A stretch of DNA of 64,000 bases from Chiloscyllium plagiosum (GCF_004010195.1 NC_057757.1:7623198-7687197); one strand, 5' to 3'. Counted from the first letter of the stretch, positions 1 through 12,470 are shown. The notes: generated by a model not told the origin, from the letters alone. A program made the numbers and translations.

Positions 1-823
1 CTTGCCCATGTCCACAGAACCGCCTGTCCGTCCCTCTAACTAGAGAGTCCCCTATAACTAGCGCTCTCCTCCTCTCCCCCTTTCCCTTCTGAGTCTCAGT
101 GCCACAGACCCCTTCACTGCAGCTTACACCTGCAACGCTGTCCCCCCCAACAGTTTCCAAAGCTGTATATTTATTTTTTAGGGGGACGACCACAGGGGAA
201 CCCTGCACTGCCTGCTTCTTCCCCTTCCCACCTCTAACTGTTACCCAGCTACCTCTGTTCTCCGGCGTTACTATGTCCCTGTAGCTTCTATCAATCACCC
301 TCTCAGCCTCTCGAATAATCCTCAGTTCATCCAACTCCAGTTCCAGTTCCCTAACTCGTTCGGTGAGGATCAGGATCTGACTGCATTTCCTGCAGACGAA
401 GTTGGCAGGAGTATCGGTGGTCACCCCTATCTCAAACATCCTGCAGGAGGAACATTCCACTGCCTGCGCTGCCATGACTGTACACTTTCTCCAGAAACAA
501 GAACACTGAGTCAATAACACTGAGTCACACCCACTCAAATACTAATCACTTACCTTCCCGCCCAGCTATGCGCTCCAACCTCACTTCCGCTGCTCCCACT
601 CAAATGACCGTTGGTGATTAAAGGGTGAGTATTTATACTCACAGTTCTCCTTCCCGGCTGCCCCTCTGTTTGCCGTCACTTCCTCTGCTGCTCCCGCTCT
701 TTTTGTGAAGAGAGAAAAAAAAACACCGCTGCCCGCTACAGGTAAGTAATTTTGAAACAAACTGTCTTACCTTAGCTGTAGTCTCCCGGGTTCGCCTTTA
801 CTCAGCCGCTGCTCCCACTCAAA
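1..823 (-). mobile_element. 5' end of a CR1 (HER1-like) LINE: 5'UTR plus open ORF1 (ATG at 475) running off the window
   Basis: MAAQAVECSSCRMFE..FVCRKCSQ..RVRELELELDEL..ALVIGDSLVRGTDRRFC: zinc finger, coiled coil, start of SGNH esterase. Confidence 0.88.
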
Positions 824-1465
824 GTTTGTTCCAAATTTCAGCAGTGTAGTGGCACCGTTAACCGATTTGCTGAAGAAGAACACAAAGTTTTGGTGGACAG
901 AACAATGCCAGGAGGTATTCAACCATTTGAAAGCAGTCTTAATGCACCAAACCAGTTTTAGCAACATCAAACTTTTCAAAACCTTTTAAAGTTGCCATCG
1001 ATGCTAGTGACTTAGGAGTTGGAGTTGTACTCCTACAGGAAGATGAGGATGGGATTGAACTGCCAGTTGGTTACTTTTCAAAGAAGATCAACATCCACCA
1101 GAGGAAATACTCCACAACCGAAAAAGAACTATTGAGTTTGGTACAGACGTTACAACATTTGTATGTCATGAACAATGTATCTGAGATGGTGGTGTACATG
1201 GATCATGGCACGGTGGCTCAGTGGCACTGCTGCCTCACAGCACCAGGGACCTCGGTTTGATTCCCACTTGTGTAGAGTTTGCACATTCTCCCCGTGTCTG
1301 CGTGGGTTTCCTCTGGGTGCTCCGGTTTCCTCCCACAAGCCAAAGATGTGCAGGTCAGGTGAATTGGCCATGGTGTTACATAATCCGCTTACATTCTTAG
1401 AACGCTTTAAAGACAAGAATATGAGACTATTTTATTGCAGTCTTACGTTACAGACTTTTAATTAT
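824..1465 (+). mobile_element. Gypsy/Ty3 pol fragment (RT connection and RNase H), split by a SINE
   Basis: FKVAIDASDLGVGVVLLQ..PVGYFSKK..RKYSTTEKELL, and DH|NPLTFL on either side of the SINE. Confidence 0.85.
1206..1372 (+). mobile_element. HE1-type tRNA-derived SINE, 5' part
   Basis: ggcacggtggctcagtgg..ggtttgattcc head; gtttgcacattctccccgtgtctgcgtgggtttcc core. Confidence 0.85.
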
Positions 1466-2550
1466 ATCGCCAGGAAAGGGAATGAGGTTCTGAAAAGTGA
1501 CTACAGAGAGCTAGGATGGAAGCTGAAGAGCAGGACGAATAGAGTAGTGCTCTCAGGTTTGCTACCGGTGCCATGAAATAGTGAGATGAGGAACAGTCAA
1601 CGAGTGCAACTTAACAGGTGGCTGCAAGGCTGGTGCAGGAGGGAGGGCTTCAGATACTTTGACCATTGGGATGTCTCCTGGGGAAGGTGGGACCCGTACA
1701 TGAAGGACAGGTTGCACCTGAACTGGAGGGGCACAAACGTCCTGGGTGGGAGATTTGCTTGTGTGCTCGGGAGGGTTTAAACTAATTTGGCAGGTGGATG
1801 GGAACTAGAGCTACACATCTGAGAGAGGGGTAGTTCTGGATGGGGCAGTGACTGGATGTAGTGAATCTATCAGGAAGGTTTTTCATGTGATGATACAAAG
1901 GGATTGGTTAAAGTGTGTGTGCTTTAACGCAAGGAGTGTCAGAAGTAAGAGTGAATAACTTAGAACATAAATCAGTACTTGGGGCTATGCTGTTGTGGCC
2001 ATAATGGATATGTGGGTTTCACAGGGGCGGAATGGTTGCTAGATGTTCCAGGATTTAGAACTTTTAAAAAGAACAGGGAGGGTGGGAAAAACAGGAAGGG
2101 TGTAGCATTGTTAATTAGAGAGTGCATCACAGCTACAGAAACAAAGGTTGTTGAGGAAGGTTTGTCTACTGAGTCAGTATAGGTGGACGTTAGGAACAGC
2201 AAGGGAGCAGTCACCTCATTGGGGGTTTTCTACAGACCTCCCTAATAGCAGGGGGGAGATCAAAGAACTCATAGGCTGGCGGATTTTGGAAAAATGCAGA
2301 TGTAGTAGGATTGCTGTTATGGGTGACTTCAACTTTCCCAATATTGACTGGAACCTCCTTAATACAGATGGTTTGGATAGAGCTTTTTTTGTCAGGTGTG
2401 TTCAGGAGGGTTTTGTTACTCAGTATGGAGACAGAGAAATGAGGGGAGAGGACGTTTTGTATTTGGTGCTCGGCAATGAGCCAGGACAGGTGTCAGATCT
2501 CATGGTGGGAGACATTTTGGTGACAGTGACCGTAACTGCCTCACATTTAC

Positions 2551-3565
2551 AGTCTCAGATTCCTCCCTCCCCTTCCTCGACCTTTCTATTTCTATCTCAG
2601 GCGACCGAATCAACACGGACATCTACTACAAACCGACCGACTCCTACAGCTACCTGGAATACACCTCCTCCCATCCTGCCCCTGTAAAAACGCCATCCCA
2701 TTCTCCCAATTCCTTCGACTCCGCCGCATCTGCTCCCAGGAGGACCAGTTCCAAAAACGCACAACCCAGATGGCCCCCTTCTTCAAGGACCGCAATTTCC
2801 CCCCCGACGCGGTCGACGATGCCCTCCACCGCATCTCTTCCACTCCCCGCTCCTCCGCCCTTGAGCCCCGCCCCTCCAACAGCCATCAGGACAGAACCCC
2901 ACTGGTCCTCACCTACCACCCCACCAATCTCCATGTACAGCGCATCACCCGCCGTCACTTCCGCCACCTCCAAACAGAAATCTCCATGTACAGCGCATCA
3001 TCCGCCGTCACTTCCGCCACCTCCAAACAGAAATCTCCATGTACAGCGCATCATCCGCCGTCACTTCCGCCACCTCCAAACAGAAATCTCCATGTACAGC
3101 GCATCATCCGCCGTCACTTCCGCCACCTCCAAACAGAAATCTCCATGTACAGCGCATCATCCGCCGTCACTTCCGCCACCTCCAAACAGAAATCTCCATG
3201 TACAGCGCATCATCCGCCGTCACTTCCGCCACCTCCAAACAGAAATCTCCATGTACAGCGCATCATCCGCCGTCACTTCCGCCACCTCCAAACAGAAATC
3301 TCCATGTACAGCGCATCATCCGCCGTCACTTCCGCCACCTCCAAACAGAAATCTCCATGTACAGCGCATCATCCGCCGTCACTTCCGCCACCTCCAAACA
3401 GAAATCTCCATGTACAGCGCATCATCCGCCGTCACTTCCGCCACCTCCAAACAGAAATCTCCATGTACAGCGCATCATCCGCCGTCACTTCCGCCACCTC
3501 CAAACAGACCCCAGTTCCCTGGATGCTGCCTGACCTGCTGCGCTTTTCCAGCAACACATTTTCAG
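2551..3565 (+). mobile_element. Penelope-like element fragment inserted in CR1
   Basis: RT C-terminus AIPFSQFLRLRRICS, RTPLVLTYHP; TSD ctcacatttac at 2540-2550 and 3566-3576. Confidence 0.88.
2926..3508 (+). repeat. Minisatellite, 53 bp x 11, nearly perfect, derived from PLE sequence
   Basis: Unit aatctccatgtacagcgcatcatccgccgtcacttccgccacctccaaacaga. Confidence 0.97.
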
Positions 3566-5370
3566 CTCACATTTACCATACCCATGGAGAGTGAAAGGAG
3601 CAGTTACCATGGGAAAATATTTAATTGGGGAAAAGGAAATTATGACGCTACTAGACAGGAGTTGGGAAGTACAGATTGGGAGCAATTTCCCCATAGAGAG
3701 GGCACAACAGACTTGTGGAGACTGTTTAAGGAGCAGTTGTTGCGAGTGATGCATAAATTTGTTCCTCTGAGACAAGCAAGAAGGGGTAAGATTAAGGAGC
3801 CTTGGATAACGAGAACAGAGGAGCTTCTCATCAAAAGGAAGAAGGCAGTTTACATAAGGTGCAGGAAGCAAGGATTCCACCCTTGCTTTCAAGAATTACA
3901 GACTTGCTAGAAAGGACCACAGAAATGGACTGAGGAGGGGGCATGAAAAAGGCTTGGTGGGAAGAATTATGGAGAACTCAAAGGCATTTTACTCATACAT
4001 AAGGTATAAGAGAATGATCAGGGAGAAGGTAGGGCCGGTCAGGGATAACGTAGGGAACTTGTGCGTGGAGTCTGAGCAGATAAGGGGAAACCCTAAATGA
4101 GTTTTTTGTTTCAGTTTTCACTAAGGAAAGGGACCTTGTTGTGAATGAGAACTTTGAGGAGCTGGGGAATAGGCTTGAACAGATCAAGATTGAAGAGGTT
4201 ATGTGCTGGAAACTTTGGCAAATATTAAGATCAGGGCCAGACCAGATTTATCCTCGGTTGCTCCAGGAAGCGAGAAAGGAGATTGCTAAGCCGCTGGGAA
4301 AGATCTTTGCTTCCTCATTCTCCACAGGAGTCGTATCAGAGGATTGGAGGGAGGCGAATGTTGTTCCTTTTTTCAAGACGGGTAATAGGAAAGTTTCTGG
4401 CAATTACAGACCAATCAGTCTTACCTCTGTGGTTAGCAAAGTTTTGGAAAGAATTCTGAGGGATAGGATTTATGAGTATTTGGAAAAGCATAGCGTGATT
4501 AAAGGCAGTCAGCATCGCTTTGTGAGGGGCAGGTCATGTCTCACAAACCTTATAGCGTTTTTTGAGGAGGTGACGTGACAGTTTGACAAAGGTCGGGAGT
4601 GGATGTTGTGTAAATGGACTTCAGCAAGGCAATTGATAAGGTTCCCCATGGTAGGCTCGTTCATAAAGTCAGGAGGTATGGGATACAGGGAGATTTGGCT
4701 ATCTGGATTCAGAATTGATTGGTTGACAGAAGGCAGAGAGTGGTTGTAGATGGAAAGTATTCTGCCTGGAGGTCAGTGGCGAGTGGTGTCCCACAGCGCT
4801 CTGTTCTTGGGCCTCTCCTCTTTCTAGTTTTTATAAATGACTTGCTTGAGGAGGTTGAGATGTGGGTTAATAAATTTGCCAATGACATAAAGGTTGGAGG
4901 TACCGCTGATAGTATAGAGGCCTACTGCAGGCTGCAACGCGACATGGACAGGATGCAGAACAGGGCTGAGAAATGGCAGATGGAGTTGAACCTAGATAAA
5001 TGAGAAGTGATACATTTTGGAAGGCCGAACTTGAATGCTGAATATAGGATTAAAGACAGGATTCTTGGCAGTGTGGTGGAACAGCAGGATCTCAGTGTTC
5101 AAGTGCACAGATCCCTCAAATTTGCCTGCCAAGTGGATAGGGTTGTTAAGAAAGCATATGGTGTTTTGGCTTTCATTAACAGGGGATTAAGAGCCGCAAG
5201 GTTTTGCTGCAGCTCTACAAAACCATGGTGAGACCACACTTGGAATATTGTGTCCAGTTCTGGTCGCCCTATTATAGGGAAGATATGGAGGCTTTGGAGA
5301 GGGTGCAAAGAAGGTTTACCAGGATGCTATCTGGACTGGAAGGCTTGTCTTACAAAGAAAGGTTGACTAA

Positions 5371-5652
5371 CCTCACAGTGCTAGAGACCCGGGTTCATTT
5401 CCCACCTCAGGCAACTGTCTGCTAGAGTTTGCACATTCTCCCCCATGTCTGCGTGGGTTTCAGTGATGCTCCAGTTTCCTCCCATAGTCTAAAAATGTGC
5501 AGGTTAGGTGAATTGGCCATGCTAAATTGCCTGTAGTGTTAGGTGAAGAAGTAAATGTAGGGGAATGGGTCTGGGTGGGTTGCTCTTCGGAGGGTCGGTG
5601 TGGACTTGTTGGGCCGAAGAGCCTGTTTCCACACTGTGAGCAATCTAATCTA
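5371..5652 (+). mobile_element. HE1-type SINE inserted in CR1 3' region
   Basis: SINE core plus (tctaa)n tail; CR1 resumes afterwards. Confidence 0.85.
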
Positions 5653-6799
5653 AGCTCAGACTTTTCTCTATGGAGAGATGGAGGAAGAGAGGTGACCTGA
5701 GTGAGGTATACAATGTAATGAGAGGCATGGATACAGTCGATAGTCAGAGACTTTTCCCCAGAGCAGGCTTGACTGGCATGAGGGGTCATAGTTTTAAGAT
5801 ATTAGGAGGAAAGTATAGGGGAGATGTCAGAGGTATGTTCTTTACAAAGAGTTGTGAACGCACAGAAAGTGTTGCCAGCGGTGGGGGTGGAAGCAGAGTC
5901 ATTAGGGACATTTAAGCGACTGCTGGACATGCACATGGATAGCAGTGAGTTGAGGGATGCGTAGATTAGGTTATTTTATTTTAGGTTAGGAATAATCCTC
6001 GGCACAACATCGTTGGCCGAAGGGCCTGTTCTGTGCTGTACTCTTCTATGTTCTATGAAGCTCGTTACCTGTGGCTGTTTTTGTTCTCGCCTGAACCACA
6101 GATGTGTTTCCGTCAAAGGACACACTCTGATACACTAATTGTGGCAAAAATACTTGTTGGATTTGACCACTGGGATTCTGAGATGTCTCAAACCAACAAA
6201 TTTTCCCTTCCATCTCTTTTCTCCGAAACCCATCTCATCACAGTTCATGAGGTAGAAATGCACTGGAATTCCATGTCATTGCAAATAAAGTTGTCCTACC
6301 TTCTCAAATTCTCCCCTCATCCGAGGTATGGGGACCCTTAGGTAATCCACCACCGGTCATCTCCTTCTGTCTCATGAGAGAGCCGTTCTTTGATCCTCTG
6401 CATCTATGGTGTATTTAGCATCATTTAAACACTGATATTAACACCAGAGCTGGTGGATTTTATCACCATTACCATGGCCTTTTTGATTTCAGTGGCTGGG
6501 TTAACAACCATAAGAATGTGTAAGTGTGAGACGATATTGGGGAATTAGTTTGTGTGTGTGGGAGTGGATCTGGTGTGATCTCCAGGACATGCACAACGTT
6601 TCTGCAGGATTGTTGGCATCACCACCTGGTGTAATTTGTGGTGTTTCTTCATCTGTTATTTAAATATTCCGGAAGGATGGAATAGGATAAACAGGAACTC
6701 TACCTTCCTGACACCTGCCTTTACTGATTAAAAACTTGTCTGTTGCAGCTTTGAATGTTGAGTCATCCCAGCCTAACAGCAAGAAGCAGGCAGGTGATG

Positions 6800-6908
6800 A
6801 GATTCCTGATGAAGGGCTTTTCCCCGTAACGTTGATTTTCCTGCTCCTCAGATGCTACCTGACCTGCTGTGCTTTACCAGCACCATACTCTTGACTCTGA
6901 TCTCCAAC
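6800..6908 (+). mobile_element. PLE terminal-repeat fragment with degenerate hammerhead
   Basis: cctgatgaagggcttttccccgtaacgttg..gatgctacctgacctgctg..ctctgatctcca. Confidence 0.75.
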
Positions 6909-6909
6909 C

Positions 6910-7972
6910 TGATTCCCGCCTCCGTCGACTGTCTGTGTGGAGTTTGCACATTCCCCTCATGTCTGCGTGGGTTTCCTCCAGTTTCCTCCCAGAGTCAAAA
7001 GATGTGCAGGCCAGGTGAATTGGCCATGCTACATTGTCCCATAGTGTCCAGGAACGTGCAGGCCAGGTGAATTGGCCATGCTACATTGTCCCATAGTGTC
7101 CAGGGATGTGCAGGCCAGGTGAATTGGCCATGCTACATTGTCCCATAGTGTCCAGTGACGTGCAGGCCAGGTGAATTGACTATGCTACATTGTCCCATAG
7201 TGTCCAGGGATGTGCAGGCAAGGCAGGCAAGGTGAATTGGCTATGCTACATTGTCCCATAGTGTCCAGGGACATGCAGGCAAGGTGAATTGGCTATGCTA
7301 CATTGTCCCATAGTGTCCAGGGACATGCAGGCAAGGTGAATTGGCCATGCTACATTGTCCCATAGTGTCCAGGGACATGCAGGCCACGTGAATTGGCCAT
7401 GCTACATTGTCCCATAGTGTCCAGGGACATGCAGGCCAGGTGAATTGACTATGCTACATTGTCCCATAGTGTCCAGGGACGTGCAGGCCAGGTGAATTGG
7501 CAATGCTACATTGTCCCATAGTGTCCAGGGACATGCAGGCAAGGTGAATTGGCTATGCTACATTGTCCCATAGTGTCCAGGGACGTGCAGGCAAGGTGAA
7601 TTGGCCATGCTACATTGTCCCATAGTGTCCAGGGACGTGCAGGCAAGGTGAATTGACTATGCTACATTGTCCCATAGTGTCCAGGGACATGCAGGCAAGG
7701 TGAATTGGCTATGCTACATTGTCCCATAGTGTCCAGGGACATGCAGGCAAGGTGAATTGGCTACATTGTCCCATAGAGTCCAGGGACGTGCAGGCCAGGT
7801 GAATTGGCCATGCTACATTGTCCCATAGAGTTAGCTGCATTAGTCAGGGATAAATTATAGGGTAGGGGAATGGGTCTGGGTGGGTTACTCTTCCGACGGT
7901 CGGTTTGGACTTGTTGGGCCGAAGGCCCTTTTTCCACACTGTAGGGAATCTAATCTAATCTAATCTCATCTA
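6910..7972 (+). mobile_element. HE1-type SINE with internally expanded VNTR
   Basis: SINE 5' core, repeat array, normal 3' part and (tctaa)n tail. Confidence 0.9.
7004..7830 (+). repeat. Minisatellite, 52 bp x about 16
   Basis: Unit gtgcaggc(c/a)aggtgaattggccatgctacattgtcccatagtgtccagggac. Confidence 0.97.
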
Positions 7973-7999
7973 ACTTTCCCCTTCGTGGATGAGTTTGTG

Positions 8000-8360
8000 A
8001 GTGAGTCACGTCATGTCGGGGCGGAACTGGCCCGGCCGGCGGCAACCGCAGGGGCGGAAGTGACGTCACTGCCAGCTTTCGCCGAGAACACAGAAAGGCT
8101 CTGGAGGCTCACTGCCGACGCCTGCGTACTAGCTGCCGTGTTTGTGTTATCGAGGGGAGTTTGAAGTGAAGCGGGAGCGGAAGTGACGGCGCGGCCCTTT
8201 GATGCTGCCTGGCGATGTGTGTTTCCGGCGGCGGGGCTCGTGCGCAGGTGACGGTTGGTGCGGGATCGTTGTCCCTTTGGTGACCTTCCACGCCGCGCAG
8301 TTTTTAAAAGTAACTGCACCCAACGGGTAACTTCTTTCCTGTCAGTTTTAAATGCGCGTG
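8000..8360 (+). promoter_or_regulatory. CpG-rich promoter and probable non-coding first exon of ZNF622
   Basis: CpG-dense non-repeat segment; GC boxes GGGGCGG (8018 region, 8051), ETS-CRE GCGGAAGTGACGTCAC (8054-8069), second GCGGAAGTGACG (8177-8188); candidate donors CAG|gtgacg (8247) and CGG|gtaact (8326). Confidence 0.75.
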
Positions 8361-8764
8361 TGGCAGTAAAGATCCTTATTTTTGAGATTTTTGTTTGTGT
8401 GTGTTGATGTTTCAGTCCCGGGGCTGGGGTGTGGGGGTGAACTCCAAGGGGAAGGCCGCTCTGGGGCGGGTTGTTTCTTCATTGACATTTTACCGACAGC
8501 TCAGGAGCACTTTCAACACCGAGGGGCCTGCCTTCTAAACCCGTGCACCCCGTGACTTGTGTCCGTCTGATATGGTTTATGTAGTTACCGGCCCGGAGGG
8601 GGAGATCCCGGATCAGAGTAAACCTTGCTGGCTGTCCTCTTGGTGGAGTAGTTTTGAATTCCTCCTCCCCCCCCCCGGTAGGTCAGTGCTGCTGTCCTGT
8701 CTCCCCCCCCCCCCCCCTGGGGGTGGGGTAGGGGGTCCTTGTTTGGTTCCAACCCGGGGGGGAG

Positions 8765-9448
8765 NNNNNNNNNNNNNNNNNNNNNNNNNNNNNNNNNNNN
8801 NNNNNNNNNNNNNNNNNNNNNNNNNNNNNNNNNNNNNNNNNNNNNNNNNNNNNNNNNNNNNNNNNNNNNNNNNNNNNNNNNNNNNNNNNNNNNNNNNNNN
8901 NNNNNNNNNNNNNNNNNNNNNNNNNNNNNNNNNNNNNNNNNNNNNNNNNNNNNNNNNNNNNNNNNNNNNNNNNNNNNNNNNNNNNNNNNNNNNNNNNNNN
9001 NNNNNNNNNNNNNNNNNNNNNNNNNNNNNNNNNNNNNNNNNNNNNNNNNNNNNNNNNNNNNNNNNNNNNNNNNNNNNNNNNNNNNNNNNNNNNNNNNNNN
9101 NNNNNNNNNNNNNNNNNNNNNNNNNNNNNNNNNNNNNNNNNNNNNNNNNNNNNNNNNNNNNNNNNNNNNNNNNNNNNNNNNNNNNNNNNNNNNNNNNNNN
9201 NNNNNNNNNNNNNNNNNNNNNNNNNNNNNNNNNNNNNNNNNNNNNNNNNNNNNNNNNNNNNNNNNNNNNNNNNNNNNNNNNNNNNNNNNNNNNNNNNNNN
9301 NNNNNNNNNNNNNNNNNNNNNNNNNNNNNNNNNNNNNNNNNNNNNNNNNNNNNNNNNNNNNNNNNNNNNNNNNNNNNNNNNNNNNNNNNNNNNNNNNNNN
9401 NNNNNNNNNNNNNNNNNNNNNNNNNNNNNNNNNNNNNNNNNNNNNNNN
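8765..9448. other. Assembly gap (684 N)
   Basis: N run. Confidence 1.
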
Positions 9449-11072
9449 GTTGGAGGAATGGGGTGTGTGGCAGGTGGATGAGCCACGGTCAGTGTAGAGT
9501 GTGGGGTAGGTGGATTAGCTGTGATCACTCTGAGGTGGGGATGGGGGAGTTGCTCTTCACAGAGTTGGTTAGGACTTGATGGGCTGAATGACTTTATATC
9601 CCCCCCCCACTTTCTCTCTGTAGGGATTCCATGATTTTGATTCCTGGATTCTTCCAAGGATAAGCTTTTTGGGGAATGCACGCAGTCAGTCAGAGAGTGA
9701 ATCATTGTTGAAATCGTATCTATTTTCCTTTCAACAGTAAGTGCAATGTTTTTTTTATTTTCATGTGTTCATTCACGAGATGAGGATGTCGCTGGGTGGT
9801 GGTGAGCCCTGGTTTGATATTTTAAATAGGAGTCAATATATTTGAATTCCTTTGACCAGAGTGAGTTATTCAGATAGGGAGTCAAATTATCCACTTCTAA
9901 CTCAGAATTAGGGGAGTTTTCAGAGCGTTTTGGGTTGTCTTGGAAGCTTCAATTTATTTGGCAGTTCCATCGCAGTCTACTGCAAAAGGACATCTACAAG
10001 GTCCGAATGAACAAATGCAACAGCAGCCTTCCTTTTGGAAGGTCCCAACCAATATGATTTGTCACAGATGCGGACTCATTTACCCCAGTCATCTCAAGGG
10101 TTTATGGTGTTTGTTTCTCATTGAACATTAAAAATGTAGTACAGTTCTTTGTATTGTTGTAGCCTGCTGTTCCCCCAACCTAGCAGAGATATTTTTGTTA
10201 CCCCGATCTGTCCTTAAAATAGCATAATCTGGTTGGTGAAACAATATTTACAGCATTAGTGCCATCATCACTATTGTGGTGTAAGGGGCCTCCCTTACCA
10301 TAGCTCCCGTTTGGTGGTTGTTAGGACCTGCAGTGATATAGGGCTATGATGTGGAGGTGCATAATCAAATCAGTCTATCACTGAATTTGCAATGTACTCA
10401 AATATCTTAATATTGTCCAATTGTTCCTAACCAGATTAAGAATAACAGAACTTTGCTGAGTTTAACTCAGATTATTAATTTTTGTTCACTGATATAACTT
10501 TTGCAGAACAAAAATAAGGAGGAAATCTAATATCGGTGCTGTGACTCTCATTCATGTTTCCAAGCAGACATACAGTTGAGGGATAAATTAAAAAGAAAAT
10601 AAAACAACTGGAAAATTTTATGATTCAAATGATGGATGTCATGGATCCATCCATGACATTCTTGGACAATGGATTGTTCACATGCTCGTAGAACTGTTTA
10701 TCTTGAATTTTTGAAGTTATAAATTAATGCAAACCCTTTCAGCAGGTGTGTGGAAATAACCTATTTCTTAGAGATCTGGGATTCCTTTATCAATATTCAA
10801 AAATTGAGAACTTGATAGAAAACTAGAGAAAGTAAAAATGCTAAGTCTCTGAACGTTTCCCAAAATCCTCTGATTCCTGCTAAAACCCAAACAGACCTGT
10901 TTTTTTTTCTTTTTGTAATTAAAGTTCTGCCTGATTAACTGATTAGCACCAGTACACTCTTGATTCATGAATTCATAAGACATAGAAGCAGGAATTAGGC
11001 AATTCAGCCCATTGAGCTGAAAATGTGTTGCTGGAAAAGCGCAGCAGGTCAGGCTGCATCCAAGGAACAGGA

Positions 11073-11110
11073 GAATCGACGTTTCTGGCATAAGCCCTTC
11101 TTCAGGAATG
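11073..11110 (-). ncRNA. Hammerhead ribozyme motif (one stem II mismatch)
   Basis: Reverse complement reads attc CTGAAGA a gggc-ttat-gcca GAAAC GTC gatt. Confidence 0.6.
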
Positions 11111-11155
11111 AGGAAAGTGTGTCCAGCAGACTAAGATAAAAGGTAGGGAGGAGGG

Positions 11156-11839
11156 NNNNNNNNNNNNNNNNNNNNNNNNNNNNNNNNNNNNNNNNNNNNN
11201 NNNNNNNNNNNNNNNNNNNNNNNNNNNNNNNNNNNNNNNNNNNNNNNNNNNNNNNNNNNNNNNNNNNNNNNNNNNNNNNNNNNNNNNNNNNNNNNNNNNN
11301 NNNNNNNNNNNNNNNNNNNNNNNNNNNNNNNNNNNNNNNNNNNNNNNNNNNNNNNNNNNNNNNNNNNNNNNNNNNNNNNNNNNNNNNNNNNNNNNNNNNN
11401 NNNNNNNNNNNNNNNNNNNNNNNNNNNNNNNNNNNNNNNNNNNNNNNNNNNNNNNNNNNNNNNNNNNNNNNNNNNNNNNNNNNNNNNNNNNNNNNNNNNN
11501 NNNNNNNNNNNNNNNNNNNNNNNNNNNNNNNNNNNNNNNNNNNNNNNNNNNNNNNNNNNNNNNNNNNNNNNNNNNNNNNNNNNNNNNNNNNNNNNNNNNN
11601 NNNNNNNNNNNNNNNNNNNNNNNNNNNNNNNNNNNNNNNNNNNNNNNNNNNNNNNNNNNNNNNNNNNNNNNNNNNNNNNNNNNNNNNNNNNNNNNNNNNN
11701 NNNNNNNNNNNNNNNNNNNNNNNNNNNNNNNNNNNNNNNNNNNNNNNNNNNNNNNNNNNNNNNNNNNNNNNNNNNNNNNNNNNNNNNNNNNNNNNNNNNN
11801 NNNNNNNNNNNNNNNNNNNNNNNNNNNNNNNNNNNNNNN
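11156..11839. other. Assembly gap (684 N)
   Basis: N run. Confidence 1.
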
Positions 11840-12434
11840 GCGGAGACGAAGGAATTGGGAATATGGGATAGCATTTTTACAGGGGGCAGGGTGGGAGCCT
11901 AGGTAGCTGTGGGAGTTGGTCGGTTTAAAGTAAATGTCCGTGTTGATTCGGTCGCCCGAGAGAGAAATGGAAAGGTCTAGGAAGGGGAGGGAGGAGTCTG
12001 AGACGGTCCAGGTGAATTTGAGGTCTGGGTGGAAGGTGTTGGTAAAGTGGATGAACTGTTCAACCTCGTGGGAACACGAGGCAGCACCGATACAGTCATC
12101 GATGTAGCGGAGGAAAAGGTAGAGGGTGGTGCCAGTGTAGCTGCGGAAGATGGACTGTTCCACATATCCTACGAAGTGGCAGGGATAGCTGGGGCCCATG
12201 AACTCAGGGATGAACTCAGATTTCTCCAGTTTCCTCATTTCCCCTCTTCCCACCTTGTCTCAGTCAAATCCCTCGAACTCAGCGCCACCTTCCTAACCTG
12301 CAATCTTCTTCCTGATCTCTCCGCTCCCACCCCATTCCGGCCTATCACCCTCACCTTGACCTCCTTCCACCTATCGCATTTCCAACGTCCCTCCTCCCTA
12401 CCTTTTATCTTAGCCTGCTGGACACACTTTCCTC

Positions 12435-12470
12435 ATCCCTGAAGAAGGGCTTATGCCCGAAACGTCGATT
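12435..12470 (+). ncRNA. Minimal type I hammerhead ribozyme motif (second PLE family)
   Basis: CTGAAGA a gggc-ttat-gccc GAAAC GTC. Confidence 0.7.

Larger units (their letters stand above)
1466..6058 (+). mobile_element. Degenerate near-full-length CR1/HER1 LINE (ORF1 C-terminus, ORF2 endonuclease and RT, 3' tail) with nested PLE and SINE
   Basis: MGDFNFPNIDW, NYRPISLTS, GVPQRSVLGP, KFANDIK, RPHLEYCVQFWSP; tail ttctatgttctatg. Confidence 0.92.

Noticed and set aside
2770..3910. Long ORFs (274, 363 and 164 aa) as a novel repeat protein
   Set aside because: They result from a stop-free 53-bp minisatellite inside PLE/CR1 debris.
6802..6838. Additional hammerheads (also about 14630, 18470-18515, 29590, 56240, 62810)
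   Set aside because: Catalytic core residues are mutated or missing, so they are not called as ribozymes.
7004..7830. CRISPR-like array (also the 53-, 59- and 69-bp arrays)
   Set aside because: Head-to-tail units with no unique spacers, no cas genes, and a eukaryotic context.
8011..8319. Minus-strand 102-aa ORF as a divergent gene
   Set aside because: GC-rich promoter sequence with no recognisable domain or downstream exons.
8557..9705. Long ORFs containing X runs (also at 11102-12253 and 41779-42519)
   Set aside because: They span assembly gaps.
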